A stretch of DNA of 64,000 nucleotides from Candidatus Latescibacterota bacterium (GCA_963791045.1 CAWBQK010000011.1:320001-384000), one strand, 5' to 3'; shown: positions 52,245 through 62,861, counted from the first letter of the stretch. A program made the numbers and translations. The notes: generated by a model from the sequence alone, not told the origin.

Positions 52245-53260
52245 ATGAACCCCGCGCCAGGTGGATCGCACTCGCGATTCTTTTCCTGTGGGTGTTTGTC
52301 CCCGACAGCGTGTGGGCGGAATTCGAAGACGCGGACAGGATCCGCATCCGCGAGGCGGTATGCATCGCTGAACAAATGGGTGACGATTTGTGGCCGGGGT
52401 GGAGTGACGCGCCGTTCGCGGTCCTTCTCGTGACATCCGGCACCGAATATCTTGTCAATCATCCGCGGCCGTCGGATGATTTCGCGCGCGAGGGATATGA
52501 CACGCTTCTCGCGAGCGCCGTGTGGTCGCGTGAACGCGTTTTTGACAAAAATCTGCTCGCCACGTTTCCCGCCGTTTCAGGTATCCCAACCGTGGTGATC
52601 GGTCAGCCGCGCAACACTGCCGCAAGCCGGTCGACGCGTTGGGTGGCAACGCTCCTCCACGAACATTTTCATCAGTGGCAGCAGTCACGGCCCGATTACT
52701 ACTCGGCCGCCGCATCGCTCGGACTTGCCGGAGACGACTCGACGGGCATGTGGATGCTCGATTATCCGTTTCCGTACGATTCGCCGGAGGTGAACGAAGC
52801 GTTCTCAGAGTTATGCGAGAGTTTGCACGATGCGGTGAAAGCGATAGGCCGCGGCGAAACCGATGAAAAGCGTGCCGCTTACAGAGACGCGAAGAGACGG
52901 TTCAAGAAATTGTTGTCGAGGGATGATTATGCGTACTTCTCGTTCCAGCTCTGGCAGGAGGGAATTGCTCGATACACCGAATACACAATGATGAAAAAAG
53001 CGGGCGCGGCATACACGCCGACACCCGAATACAAAAACATCCCCGATTATGTTCCGTTCAATGAGGATGCGTCGGAGACTTTCAAACACTTATTGACCGA
53101 GTTGTCCCGGTTGTCGCTCGAAGACGCGCGGCGAACGGCTTTCTATCATGTGGGCGCCGCAGAGGGGATACTGCTTGATGCGGCGAATCCCAACTGGCGG
53201 ACCCGCTATCTCACAGAGATGTTTTCAACGGATACTTACTTCGATTCGGGGAAAAACTAG
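52245..53260 (+). CDS. Secreted HExxH putative zinc metalloprotein (start uncertain)
   Basis: Signal-like RWIALAILFLW...VWA; LLHEHFHQWQ; downstream QEG.A.Y as in gluzincins. ATG 52245 needs a homopolymer indel. Confidence 0.6.
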
Positions 53261-54333
53261 TCTTTCAGCCGGCTTCTGATCTCTTTTTCGAGTTCGTCGA
53301 CGAGTTCTTCCTCGGGGACCTTTCTTAGAACCTTCCCATCGACAAAAATCTGTCCCATTCCCTTGCCTCCCATAATGCCGAAGTCCGCTTCGCGCGCCTC
53401 TCCGGGGCCGTTGACCGCGCACCCCATGACGGCGATCGTTACCGGTTTGCGGAGGTCCGACATCCGTTGTTCGACCTCTTCTGCAATTCTGAAAAGATCG
53501 AGGTGATTTCGCGCACACGACGGACACGAAATTATCCGTGGAATATTCGAGGCCAGATTGAGCGCGGCGAGGATCTTGCGGCCGACCCGGACTTCCTCGA
53601 CGACATCGGCGGTAAGAGAGACGCGAATCGTATCTCCAAGACCCTGGTTGAGAAGAATTCCCAATCCCACGGATGAATAGATCGAGCCGCTGGCGAGCGT
53701 TCCCGATTCGGTAATCCCGAGATGGAGGGGATAGTTCACTTTCGTCGCGAGAAGCCGGTATGATTCCGTGGCGAGTGGCACTGATGACGCTTTGACAGAT
53801 ATTACGATGTCGTTGAATTCCAGATCCTCGAGAATCTTGACGTGCCGCATTGCGCTCTCCACCATGGCCTCGGCCGTCGGATATTCGTATTTTTCAAGGA
53901 GATCACGCTCGAGAGAGCCGGCGTTGACGCCGATGCGAATCGGGATTTTGTTCGATCTGGCTTTCTCAACAACTTTTTCGACTTTGTCGCGACTGCCGAT
54001 GTTGCCCGGGTTGATCCGAAGTTTGGCGATGCCGATATCGGCGGCGAGAACCGCGACGCTGTGATCGAAATGGATGTCGGCGACGATCGGAACCTTTGTT
54101 CGCGGAATGATCTTTTCGAGCGCAACAACACTTGGCCGGTTCGGAACGCTTACCCGCACGATGTCGCAGCCGACGTCTTCAAGTCTTTTGATTTCATCGA
54201 GTGTCGCATCGACGTCGGTGGTTTTTGTTGTCGTCATCGACTGGACGGACACCGGTGCGCCACCGCCGATGGCCACATCGCCGACCATCACGCGTCTCGT
54301 TTTGTCTCGTGTGAACATCTCTGTTATTCTCAC
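53257..54333 (-). CDS. ispG: (E)-4-hydroxy-3-methylbut-2-enyl-diphosphate synthase
   Basis: VQSMT.T.T, ADIHFD, RINPGNIG, RIGVNAGSL, LHLGITE, GDTIRVSL, CPSC.R, MGC.VNGPGE. Confidence 0.97.
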   Translation of the reverse strand: MRITEMFTRDKTRRVMVGDVAIGGGAPVSVQSMTTTKTTDVDATLDEIKRLEDVGCDIVRVSVPNRPSVVALEKIIPRTKVPIVADIHFDHSVAVLAADIGIAKLRINPGNIGSRDKVEKVVEKARSNKIPIRIGVNAGSLERDLLEKYEYPTAEAMVESAMRHVKILEDLEFNDIVISVKASSVPLATESYRLLATKVNYPLHLGITESGTLASGSIYSSVGLGILLNQGLGDTIRVSLTADVVEEVRVGRKILAALNLASNIPRIISCPSCARNHLDLFRIAEEVEQRMSDLRKPVTIAVMGCAVNGPGEAREADFGIMGGKGMGQIFVDGKVLRKVPEEELVDELEKEIRSRLKD

Positions 54334-54473
54334 CCTTCTCGATTGGGTCGAACGCCATCGCCACGGTCATAGATACATAATAAGACGAACGGGGGAGGCC
54401 TGCAAGCACCCCGGTTGTGTTATATTCCTATCGCCCCCGTGAAATTCCAACAGTTCTCCAGGTGGATCGATTG

Positions 54474-56318
54474 ATGACGCGAAATGCTCTCTCGAAAAAG
54501 ATCGGCCGGCAGGTCAAAAAGCTCCCCATGGAACCTGGTGTCTATATTTTTAAGGATGCCAGGGACAGGGTGATCTATGTGGGCAAGGCCAAACAACTGC
54601 GCAACCGTGTGAGCAGTTATCTTCGCGAAGGCGGCGACGGACGCCATCAGATCCGTTTTCTGCTCGAAAAAGCGGAAGGTCTCGAATACATGGTCACCGG
54701 GACCGAACAAGAGGCGTTGATTCTAGAGAACAACCTGATAAAGAAACACCGCCCGCGTTACAATATTTTTCTCCGGGACGACAAAACCTACGTCAATGTC
54801 CGCCTGAATGTCGATCACCGCTTCCCGCGGCTCACAGTTGTTCGCCGGCCCCGTAAGGACAAGGCCAGGTACTTCGGGCCGTATGCATCGGCCGGGTCGG
54901 TTCGTGCGACGCTGAGGATGCTCGGCAGAATTTTCCCGCTGCGAACCTGCACCGACGCCGAACTGGCGGGCCGCAAGCGGCCGTGTCTCTACTACCATAT
55001 AAAAAGGTGCCCCGGACCATGCGTGGGGCTTATCGACGAACAGGCGTACGGAGAGACGGTCAACAGGGTGACCATGTTCTTGAAGGGCCGTGGAGAAGAA
55101 CTGATAAAGACGCTCAAGGACAGAATGGATTTCGAAGCGGCCGAGCGCAGGTACGAGTCCGCCGCGAAAATCCGCGACCAACTGTTCGCCCTTCAAAAAA
55201 CGCTCGAAAAGCAGCGTGTCACATCGCCGCAGCAGGCCGAACGCGACATCGTCGGCGTTTGCAGGGAAAAGGAGCGGCTGGCGATTCAAATCTTTCACGT
55301 GCGGGACTGGGAGCTTTCGAGCGGGAGCGCTCACTATTTCGAAAACGCGAACCTGTCCACGGCGGAACATCTTTCATCGTTTCTGGGGCAGTACTATCAA
55401 AGCGGCGCGGCGATACCCAGCGAAGTCGTCGTTTCGGAGGCACCGGACGATGGAGAGATATTGAAGGACTATTTGACGTCGAGACTGGAAAAGGCCGTGC
55501 GAATCATCGTCCCCAAAAGGGGTGAGCGCCGGCGCCTTCTTGATCTCGCCCTCAAGAACGCAGAGACGGTTCTTGAAGACCGCGGCGGAATGTCGCGTAA
55601 CAGGGAACTCCTCGAGGAGCTCCAGGACATTTTTACTCTCGAACAGTTTCCCCGGCGGATCGAGTGTTTCGACGTCTCTAATTTCAGAGGCAGTGAAGCT
55701 GTTGCGTCGCGTGTCACGTTTATCGACGGCGAGGCCGCCCGGAGTCTCTACAGGCACTATAAGATTCGCACCATCAAAGGTTCGGACGATTACGGGATGA
55801 TGATGGAGGTCATCGAACGAAGGATCGCACGCGGGATAAAGGAGGGTGACCTTCCCGATCTCCTCGTGGTTGATGGCGGAAGGGGGCAAATGGGGGTCGC
55901 ACTGAAAGTGCTCGACCGTTTGGGTGTCGACGGCACGAGTGTGCTCGGGATCGCCAAAGTGCGGACCGACGACCGGAAACGCCGAATAAGAGGCAAAGAA
56001 AGGATTTACGCCCCTAAGTTCCCTGAGCCAATCCTTCTCGAGGACAACACGGGGCCCCTGCATCTGCTCGAGCGGATTCGGGACGAGGCGCACCGTTTCG
56101 CCGTTACCTATCACAAGAAGCTCAGGAGCAAGCGAATAGAGACATCCGTTCTCGATGCGATCCCCGGTGTTGGGCCAGTGCTCAAACGGCGACTCCTTGC
56201 AGCCTTTGGGAGCGTCAAGGGCGTTCGAAATGCTGGAACCGGCGAACTTGCTTCCGTGCAAGGGGTTTCGCCTGATTTGGCCGCCCGGATACGGGAGTTT
56301 CTGGACTATGGGCCTTGA
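54474..56318 (+). CDS. uvrC: Excinuclease ABC subunit C
   Basis: PGVY...YVGKAK.LR.RV.SY GIY-YIG, PRYN, C...CPGPC, RIECFDVS, VDGG.GQ, RDEAHRFA, HhH. Confidence 0.97.
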   Translation: MTRNALSKKIGRQVKKLPMEPGVYIFKDARDRVIYVGKAKQLRNRVSSYLREGGDGRHQIRFLLEKAEGLEYMVTGTEQEALILENNLIKKHRPRYNIFLRDDKTYVNVRLNVDHRFPRLTVVRRPRKDKARYFGPYASAGSVRATLRMLGRIFPLRTCTDAELAGRKRPCLYYHIKRCPGPCVGLIDEQAYGETVNRVTMFLKGRGEELIKTLKDRMDFEAAERRYESAAKIRDQLFALQKTLEKQRVTSPQQAERDIVGVCREKERLAIQIFHVRDWELSSGSAHYFENANLSTAEHLSSFLGQYYQSGAAIPSEVVVSEAPDDGEILKDYLTSRLEKAVRIIVPKRGERRRLLDLALKNAETVLEDRGGMSRNRELLEELQDIFTLEQFPRRIECFDVSNFRGSEAVASRVTFIDGEAARSLYRHYKIRTIKGSDDYGMMMEVIERRIARGIKEGDLPDLLVVDGGRGQMGVALKVLDRLGVDGTSVLGIAKVRTDDRKRRIRGKERIYAPKFPEPILLEDNTGPLHLLERIRDEAHRFAVTYHKKLRSKRIETSVLDAIPGVGPVLKRRLLAAFGSVKGVRNAGTGELASVQGVSPDLAARIREFLDYGP

Positions 56319-56343
56319 CAGTCAATCGCCTAAACCGTAATAT
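56315..56343 (+). promoter_or_regulatory. Candidate sigma70 promoter
   Basis: TTGACA-17 nt-TAATAT overlapping the uvrC stop, ahead of an AT-rich leader. Confidence 0.5.
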
Positions 56344-56487
56344 TTTATATCATTGAAGTTGTGCTCGATTTGAGCGCCTGCCTTGTTACACATGGCTCCC
56401 CACCAAACCAGAGAACGGCATATATACAGGAATCTCATGACGCGTTGAATTAACCGCATCGATGAGGATGAGATTGGGAGGTTTCTT

Positions 56488-57582
56488 TTGTACGTCCTAA
56501 GAACAGTGAAAATCCTTGTGTTCGCCCTTTTGGCTGTTTGGGTATTTGGGTGCAGCGATGACGAGAAAAACATTCAGGCGCCAACGCCCCCCCCGAATAT
56601 AAACCTGCAAGTGATCGACGGTCTGCCGAGCGACGATGTGTGGGATGTTTTTGTGGATAGCATGGACCGTGTGTGGGTCGCCACAAACGAAGGTCTCGCG
56701 ATGTTCGAGGACTCAGAAGAAATGAAATGGTTCACCAGAGCCAATGGTCTTCCCAACCGCCAGTGCCGCTGTGTGGAGGAACTCAACGGCAAGATCTTTA
56801 TCGGCACATGGGGTGGAGGGTTTGCCATCGCTGATTCAGAATCGATCTACGATGTGAACACAAATTTCATTTCGGTCAGTGTGACCGAGGGGCTCGTCAG
56901 CGAGCGAATTTTTGATATTGCCGCCGACCCTGAAGAATCATCGATCTGGATCGCAACAGTCGCGGGCGTCGACCAGTATGTTGATAATGAAGCGCTTGAA
57001 GTTGAAGATCGTATCATAGGACACAACGGCGAATTCGGCGCGGGTGTCTTCTCTTCCATTCTTGTTCACAAGAGCACAAGCCGGGGAACCGAGATCTGGG
57101 TATCTGAGAAAATACACGATGAAGGCGGAACGCTTATTCCAGGGGGAATGAGGGTCAAGCGGTTCCCGGGTTTTCAGTGGTTCAATCCCGAAACGAGCGG
57201 CATTCCCAGTGACGACGTGAACGAAGTTGCCTACGATCCGGTTCGGGATCTCGTCTGGTCCGCTCACGCCACTTTCGGCGCCGCCTCACTCGATGTTGAT
57301 CCTCGGATCTGGTCAAGTTTCACCAGCGAAGACGGGTTGCGGAGCAACCTGGCCGGCTCGATTGCAGTCAATCACACCGGAGCAAAATGGGAGGCCGGAA
57401 CGGTTTGGCTGGCGACCCAGGCTGGTGTGAGCCGGGTGAGCCCGGCGGGCGCGGTCACCAACTACATCGAGGGTAGTGGTCTGCCATTCGAGCGAGTGCG
57501 AAAGGTATACGTCGACAACAACGACGATGTATGGCTTATATTCGTCGAACGCGGTGCCGGCAAAGTTCTCGGCGCCCAGTAG
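56488..57582 (+). CDS. Lipoprotein with two-component-regulator-type beta-propeller repeats
   Basis: VFGC lipobox; GLPSDDV, GLPNRQ, GLVSE, GIPSDDV, GLRSN repeats with W.AT..G. Confidence 0.75.
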   Translation: MYVLRTVKILVFALLAVWVFGCSDDEKNIQAPTPPPNINLQVIDGLPSDDVWDVFVDSMDRVWVATNEGLAMFEDSEEMKWFTRANGLPNRQCRCVEELNGKIFIGTWGGGFAIADSESIYDVNTNFISVSVTEGLVSERIFDIAADPEESSIWIATVAGVDQYVDNEALEVEDRIIGHNGEFGAGVFSSILVHKSTSRGTEIWVSEKIHDEGGTLIPGGMRVKRFPGFQWFNPETSGIPSDDVNEVAYDPVRDLVWSAHATFGAASLDVDPRIWSSFTSEDGLRSNLAGSIAVNHTGAKWEAGTVWLATQAGVSRVSPAGAVTNYIEGSGLPFERVRKVYVDNNDDVWLIFVERGAGKVLGAQ

Positions 57583-57599
57583 CGGGCATCGAGTCCACT

Positions 57600-58751
57600 T
57601 TATATTTCGAGGAACTTCGGGATTCGCGTCAGATTCTCGATGCCCGAACGCGTCACAAGGATCGTGTCCTCGATTCTAACTCCACCAATCGGATAGTAGT
57701 AGAGTCCTGGCTCAACGGTCAGGACCATTCCCTTTTCCAATGTGATGTTGTTGATCGCAATCCTTGGCGGTTCATGGATTTCGAGCCCCAGGGCGTGTCC
57801 AGTTGAATGGAAGAAGCCCTGCATCCGTCCGTCTTTTTCCCCCGTATGATACCCGTTCTTCTCAAAGAGTTTCTGGATGGCGCGATGGACGGCCCGGGCT
57901 TTCGCCCCGTGCTTGACGAGGCTCAAGCCCAGTTTCTGTCCATCGTAGACGGTCTTGTACATCTTCTTGACCTCGTCGGATGCTTTTCCCCTGACGACGG
58001 TCCGTGTGATGTCTGCGAAGTAGCCCGTTGATTCGGCGCGCGGGAACACGTCGATGATTATGGGCTCATTCGCTCGGATGACGCCAGAACCCCGGTCGTG
58101 CGGATCACACCCCTGTTTTCCAGGTGCGACAATCGTACCGCTCGGTATGTGTCCCAGCGAGAGTATCGTGGTATTGATGACGTTCCGGAGGATTTCCGCG
58201 GTCAGCCTCTTTCCCTTGTAGTAGAGGTAGCCTTTTTTGATCTTGCTTGCCTTCAGTGCGTCGAATGCCGCCTGGATACCTTTTTCGGTCACACGCATCG
58301 CCTTCTTGATTTCGGCGACTTCCGCGGGTTTCTTATAGATCCGCTCGGGGAAGAAAGGTTCGGGGAGCGGTGTTACCCTGATCTTGAGTTTGCGCAGCCC
58401 CTCCGCGATTCCCAGAGGGAAGTTTTCGGGCACGGTCACGCTTTTGATTCCAAAGTCACGAAGAACCGTCGCCAAGATTTCGGGAATTCCCGGTGTCTTC
58501 TTGAATTTCTTTTTTGCAAGATCCATGTAACCGGCGAGCGAGTGTACCTTGTGCGCACTCGACTGCTTTTTTGCCCGGTCGATTTCCAGATCGCTCATCA
58601 CAAGATGCCGCTTACCCTCCGCCGTACGGATAAAGATAAACGGATCGGGGCACGAGAAGTTTGTCGCGTAAAGCATATTCGCATCGAATTCGCTGCACGC
58701 GTACATCAAGATGTTTTTGTTTTTGTGTCTGATCTTGAATCCTGAATTCAT
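57600..58751 (-). CDS. Xaa-Pro aminopeptidase (M24B)
   Basis: DPH, IID, YFADITRT, HSTGH.LGLEIHE, TVEPG.Y, GVRIED. Confidence 0.93.
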   Translation of the reverse strand: MNSGFKIRHKNKNILMYACSEFDANMLYATNFSCPDPFIFIRTAEGKRHLVMSDLEIDRAKKQSSAHKVHSLAGYMDLAKKKFKKTPGIPEILATVLRDFGIKSVTVPENFPLGIAEGLRKLKIRVTPLPEPFFPERIYKKPAEVAEIKKAMRVTEKGIQAAFDALKASKIKKGYLYYKGKRLTAEILRNVINTTILSLGHIPSGTIVAPGKQGCDPHDRGSGVIRANEPIIIDVFPRAESTGYFADITRTVVRGKASDEVKKMYKTVYDGQKLGLSLVKHGAKARAVHRAIQKLFEKNGYHTGEKDGRMQGFFHSTGHALGLEIHEPPRIAINNITLEKGMVLTVEPGLYYYPIGGVRIEDTILVTRSGIENLTRIPKFLEI

Positions 58752-58978
58752 GACGAGTCCTTTCGCTGGCAAAACAAGGGCAGCCGGATGCGTTCCGGTT
58801 GATAGCGTGTGTGTTGATCTTTGCAATTTTGTTTTTGATTGTAAAGACGAAAAGCGTTATCCTCCAGGCAGCCTGGACGACAGCCAAGGAGAAGTGGCAT
58901 CGAAGCGATCCTTGCTCTCCTGACCGAACCTTGAAATCCGATCATATCCGTTTTCCGAAACCGACGACTGGAGCATCC

Positions 58979-59803
58979 ATGCGTATCGATCTCCACATGC
59001 ACTCGACATTCTCAGACGGTTTGAAATCACCGACAGAGCTTGTGGAGATGGCGAAGAAAAAGGGACTCGCCGCGATCAGTTTGACCGACCACGATTGTCT
59101 GGACGGAACCAACGAGGCAATCGAAGCGGGCAAGGTGAAGGGTGTCGAGATTCTCTCCGGTGTCGAGCTGAGCTCGGAATACGGAGGACGCGATCTTCAT
59201 ATTCTCGGATATGGGATCGACCCAAATCATGATGAGTTCCAGGATATGCTCAAGCGCTTCCGGGACACGAGACACTCTAGAGGATTGAAGATCATCGAGA
59301 AGCTGAAAGATCTGGGTTTGGAGATCAGCGTTGACGACGTGATGGAAAAGAGCGGTGACGGCGCGCTTGGCCGCCCGCACATTGCGGCGGTTCTTGCGGA
59401 AAAGGGACTCGTGTCGACTCAGGTAGAGGCGTTTGACAAGTACATCGCCGACGGCGGCCCTGCTTACGTTCCAAAATACAAGATGAGTCCGCAGGAAGCG
59501 ATCACATATATACGCAAGGCTGGAGGCTTGGCCTTTATGGCTCATCCAGGCATCTTCCTGAGCAATGTGAGTGATTTCAAGGAACTGCTGGGCGAAGGTT
59601 TTGACGGGGTCGAGATTTATCATCCGAAACACAATAAGAAAATGGCGGCGGCGTTGAAGGCGATAGCCGACGAAAACGGAATGTTGGTGTCGGGAGGATC
59701 GGACTATCACGGTTTCTCCGGCCGCGATCTGCCTCTCGGTGGCCTCGACATCTCGTACGACGTTCTCGCCGATATCAAAACCCGCCTCGCACAAACGAAT
59801 TAA
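58979..59803 (+). CDS. PHP-domain phosphoesterase (TrpH/YciV-like)
   Basis: DLHMHST.SDG, TDHD, GVELS, HILGY, GRPH, AHP, GGSDYHG. Confidence 0.92.
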   Translation: MRIDLHMHSTFSDGLKSPTELVEMAKKKGLAAISLTDHDCLDGTNEAIEAGKVKGVEILSGVELSSEYGGRDLHILGYGIDPNHDEFQDMLKRFRDTRHSRGLKIIEKLKDLGLEISVDDVMEKSGDGALGRPHIAAVLAEKGLVSTQVEAFDKYIADGGPAYVPKYKMSPQEAITYIRKAGGLAFMAHPGIFLSNVSDFKELLGEGFDGVEIYHPKHNKKMAAALKAIADENGMLVSGGSDYHGFSGRDLPLGGLDISYDVLADIKTRLAQTN

Positions 59804-59819
59804 CAAGAAGGAGGTTGGA

Positions 59820-60278
59820 ATGGTCGAAGTTGGAAAGAAAGCGCCCGCGTTTTCGCTTTACGCGGACGACGGCAGCAAAGTGGCGCTCAAGGATCTCCTC
59901 GGCAAAACCGTGGTCCTCTATTTCTACCCCAAAGACAGCACCCCCGGCTGAACGACGCAATCCACCGATTTCCGTGATGAAATCAAAGCGTTCGAAGCCG
60001 CAAATGCGGTCGTCATTGGCGTCAACAAAGACAGCGTCGAGACGCATCAGAAGTTTAAGTCAAAGCACAGTCTGCCGTTTCCGCTATTGAGCGATCCCGA
60101 AGGCAAGATCTGCGACAAGTACGGGGTCATCAAGGACAAGAAACTCTACGGCAGGGTTTACAAAGGGATCGACCGGAGCACGTTCATCATCGATGACAAA
60201 GGGAAAGTAGCCCACGTCCTCCGTGGGATAAAAGTCCGAGGGCACACTCGCAAGCTTCTTGAGATTCTCAACGGCTGA
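59820..60278 (+). CDS. bcp: BCP/PrxQ peroxiredoxin, probable selenoprotein (in-frame TGA at 59949-59951)
   Basis: GGAGG RBS; FYPKDSTPG-TGA-TTQ continues in frame to DFRD...LPFPLLSDP...RSTFIID; TGA occupies the peroxidatic Cys position. Confidence 0.85.
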
Positions 60279-60960
60279 GGACGCTGTAACGGAGGAATAC
60301 TTCGTCGCCGCGTCGCCGGCTCGATACCAATTTGAGGTGCAGGTGCGATTCGGCAAGGAATCCCGCCCCGTCCACCGGTGTCGGCGCGCCGCTGCCGCCG
60401 AGAATTCGCGGCGTGACCGTGACGTACAGCTCGTCCACGAGATTTTCACGGAAGAACGAGTAGTTCAGGGTGCCGCCGCCCTCGACGAGGACTTTTTTGA
60501 TCTTGCGCTCGGCCAGGATTGCTAGCACATCGGTCGGGCGCACCCGCATTCGCGGAACCACAACCACCTCTGAAATCTTCTCAAACTTTTTGATTCTTCG
60601 TGGCGTCGCTTTTTTTGACGTTATGATGAGTTTTTCGGTTTCTTCGAAGGCAAAAAACTGAGCGCGCGCCGGCAGGTCGAGATCCGTGGACACAACGACA
60701 TTCAGGGGGTGTGGTGTCTTTCGACGGGTGATTCGTTTTTGCCTGATCTCATCGTCCCGAACGCGGATGGCCCATCCGTCCAAAGACAGCGTGCGCGCGC
60801 CGATCACGACGGCGTCGGTTTTCGAACGGAGAACATCCATCAAGTAACGGTCGTTGCGCGATCCGAGCGAAAATGTCTGGCGGCGGTATGTCGATATCTT
60901 GCCGTCAGCCGACATGGCCATATTGATCGTGACATGGGGCTTTTTGAAGGTCTCTGGCAT
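60268..60960 (-). CDS. RibD C-terminal/DHFR-family reductase
   Basis: AMSADGKI, LRS..DAV.IGA.T, LVEGGG.L, LVDEL...P.ILGG. Confidence 0.85.
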   Translation of the reverse strand: MPETFKKPHVTINMAMSADGKISTYRRQTFSLGSRNDRYLMDVLRSKTDAVVIGARTLSLDGWAIRVRDDEIRQKRITRRKTPHPLNVVVSTDLDLPARAQFFAFEETEKLIITSKKATPRRIKKFEKISEVVVVPRMRVRPTDVLAILAERKIKKVLVEGGGTLNYSFFRENLVDELYVTVTPRILGGSGAPTPVDGAGFLAESHLHLKLVSSRRRGDEVFLRYSVLSR

Positions 60961-61075
60961 AGTTGCTTTGGTGGTTGTTTGGTGTCCTGAGAATATATCA
61001 AGGTGCGCCCCCCCCTGGAAACACTTTCTTCACACCGGGGCGACATTGACGTATAGTTGTCGCGGAGGAAGTATT

Positions 61076-61501
61076 ATGAAATCAGGACTCGCCATTTTTC
61101 TGCACAGTCACAGCTACGACCGGGTCTACCAGGCGGTGAGCATGGTGCTTTCCGCTTCGTCGCTCGGTTGGCCCTCGCACCTGTTCCTCTTCTACCAGGC
61201 GCTGGCCACATATATTGACGGCACGTGGGATGATGTCAGGATAGGAGATGGCCCGCGAAACCCCGGAGGACTCGGTGTGAGGCTCGAGGAGGGTTTCGAG
61301 GCGGCCAATCTGCCCTCACTGTACAAAATGCTGGAAAAAGCCCGTGGTGAAGAGGGTGGACTAAGGATATACGCCTGCAGTTCCTCCATGAGAGTGCTTG
61401 GCGCGGATATGACGGCGGTCCGCGAACAGGTGGACGATATAGTCGGTCTGACGTCCATGCTCAAAATTGCAGATTCCGTAAATCAAGTACTATACGTTTA
61501 A
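61076..61501 (+). CDS. DsrE/DsrF-like protein
   Basis: GGAGG RBS; LFLFY.AL, IYACSSSM, DDIVG; fold-typical length. Confidence 0.7.
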   Translation: MKSGLAIFLHSHSYDRVYQAVSMVLSASSLGWPSHLFLFYQALATYIDGTWDDVRIGDGPRNPGGLGVRLEEGFEAANLPSLYKMLEKARGEEGGLRIYACSSSMRVLGADMTAVREQVDDIVGLTSMLKIADSVNQVLYV

Positions 61502-61506
61502 GCGGG

Positions 61507-61851
61507 TTATGCCCGTTTGTCCGCCTGTACCATTATTCGAAGTTGGCGTTTCAGTATGTGAATCCGCCTCCTGAGAAGACCGGCCTTTTTGGTGTCTCCC
61601 GCCGTGCGTGCTGTGTCTCTTTCGCTTCTGAGCGCCGTGATCCTCTGTTTGAGGCCTTCCTTCGTTTTCGGTGCACCGGGACCTGATTTTTTTGCCTGTT
61701 TCTTTTCCGGGACGTCGATCCCCAGGTGGTCGACGAGAAGCGCGATGAGTTCATCCTTCTTTAACCCCGTCGAACTCTTGGCATCGGGAATCTTTTTGAC
61801 TTCTTCACGGAGCTTGATCACCGTCATGTTCTCCAGAGCGTGGTAATCCAT
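61507..61851 (-). CDS. Small basic protein with Rho-N-like helical N-terminus
   Basis: LENMTVIKLRE...GLKKDELI; C-terminal RRRIHILKRQLR; AGGAAGGGG RBS. Confidence 0.65.
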   Translation of the reverse strand: MDYHALENMTVIKLREEVKKIPDAKSSTGLKKDELIALLVDHLGIDVPEKKQAKKSGPGAPKTKEGLKQRITALRSERDTARTAGDTKKAGLLRRRIHILKRQLRIMVQADKRA

Positions 61852-62032
61852 GACACCCCTTCCTTTGCATGTTGATAATTGACGATCCGGATTTACGATA
61901 CACCAAACATCCCGGTAAGATCAACGGCCATTCCTTGAACATCACGAGAGTCAAAATAATAATTTCACATGAACTTTTTTGTGGCGAGATTCAGATGCTT
62001 CGGCTATATTACTTTCGACAGCCATAAGGAAA

Positions 62033-62149
62033 GCCGGTATCGTTTTTATACCTCCCTTCCTGGAAAGAGTAGTCGGTTCTACTCTCCTCCATTTCGTGCT
62101 CATGTGCCGAGTTACCTCCCTGGTAGAAAACGATACCGGCCCTTTTTTT
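62033..62149 (+). ncRNA. Candidate structured small RNA with CCUCC motifs (strand uncertain)
   Basis: 14-bp perfect inverted repeat GCCGGTATCGTTTT/AAAACGATACCGGC enclosing three CCTCC motifs and a 7-bp hairpin, followed by T7. Confidence 0.4.
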
Positions 62150-62285
62150 GCCTCTTTTTCCCCTCCCACTTTTCGGTTATCATCACCACACACACCGCTG
62201 GAAATCGATTCATTAGTCCGACCGCCCGGCGCTTTTGTCAGCTATTCAAAATGGTAACTAGTTAGTTTACAGGAGGTTCTTCCCC

Positions 62286-62831
62286 ATGATCCATTACGAT
62301 TTCATGTCCGGGACCATCGTTGGTAATGTCTGTCTGGCCGCGTCCGGTGAGGGGCTCTGTGCCGTGCTTATCGGTGATCGGACCAGGAAGGCGTTCAGGG
62401 AAGAGCTCGCCGGGATGTTTCCCGGGGAGTCCTTTGCGGCGGACGCCGGGAAGCTCAAAGCCTACCGCCGAGAACTCGAGGAGTACTTTGCCGGCAAAAG
62501 GGCCCGTTTTACCGTGCCTCTCGATCTCTCCGCTGTTCGGGGGCCGTTTCGGCGTAAAGTGCTCAGGAAGCTCATCGCTTTGCCTCTGGGTAGCGTGATT
62601 AGTTATGGTGCGCTCGCGAAGCGTTCCGGCTCGCCCGGCGCGGCACGTGCGGTCGGGACCGCCATGTCGACAAACCCAATATCGCTCGTGATACCGTGTC
62701 ACCGCGTCGTCGGCGCCGGCGGCGGGTTGGGTGGATACTCCGCGGGGTTGCCGAGAAAGAAAAAACTCCTCATCCACGAAGGCGTCGAGCCGACGCGGGC
62801 CAATCTCACCAGGGCCGGTAAGAGACGCTAA
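62286..62831 (+). CDS. ogt: Methylated-DNA--protein-cysteine methyltransferase
   Basis: SYG.LA..G.P.AARAVG, NPI...IPCHRVV, LGGY; AGGAGG RBS. Confidence 0.95.
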   Translation: MIHYDFMSGTIVGNVCLAASGEGLCAVLIGDRTRKAFREELAGMFPGESFAADAGKLKAYRRELEEYFAGKRARFTVPLDLSAVRGPFRRKVLRKLIALPLGSVISYGALAKRSGSPGAARAVGTAMSTNPISLVIPCHRVVGAGGGLGGYSAGLPRKKKLLIHEGVEPTRANLTRAGKRR

Positions 62832-62861
62832 AGAAGCCCCGCAGGGGTGCAGGTGTGGAGA

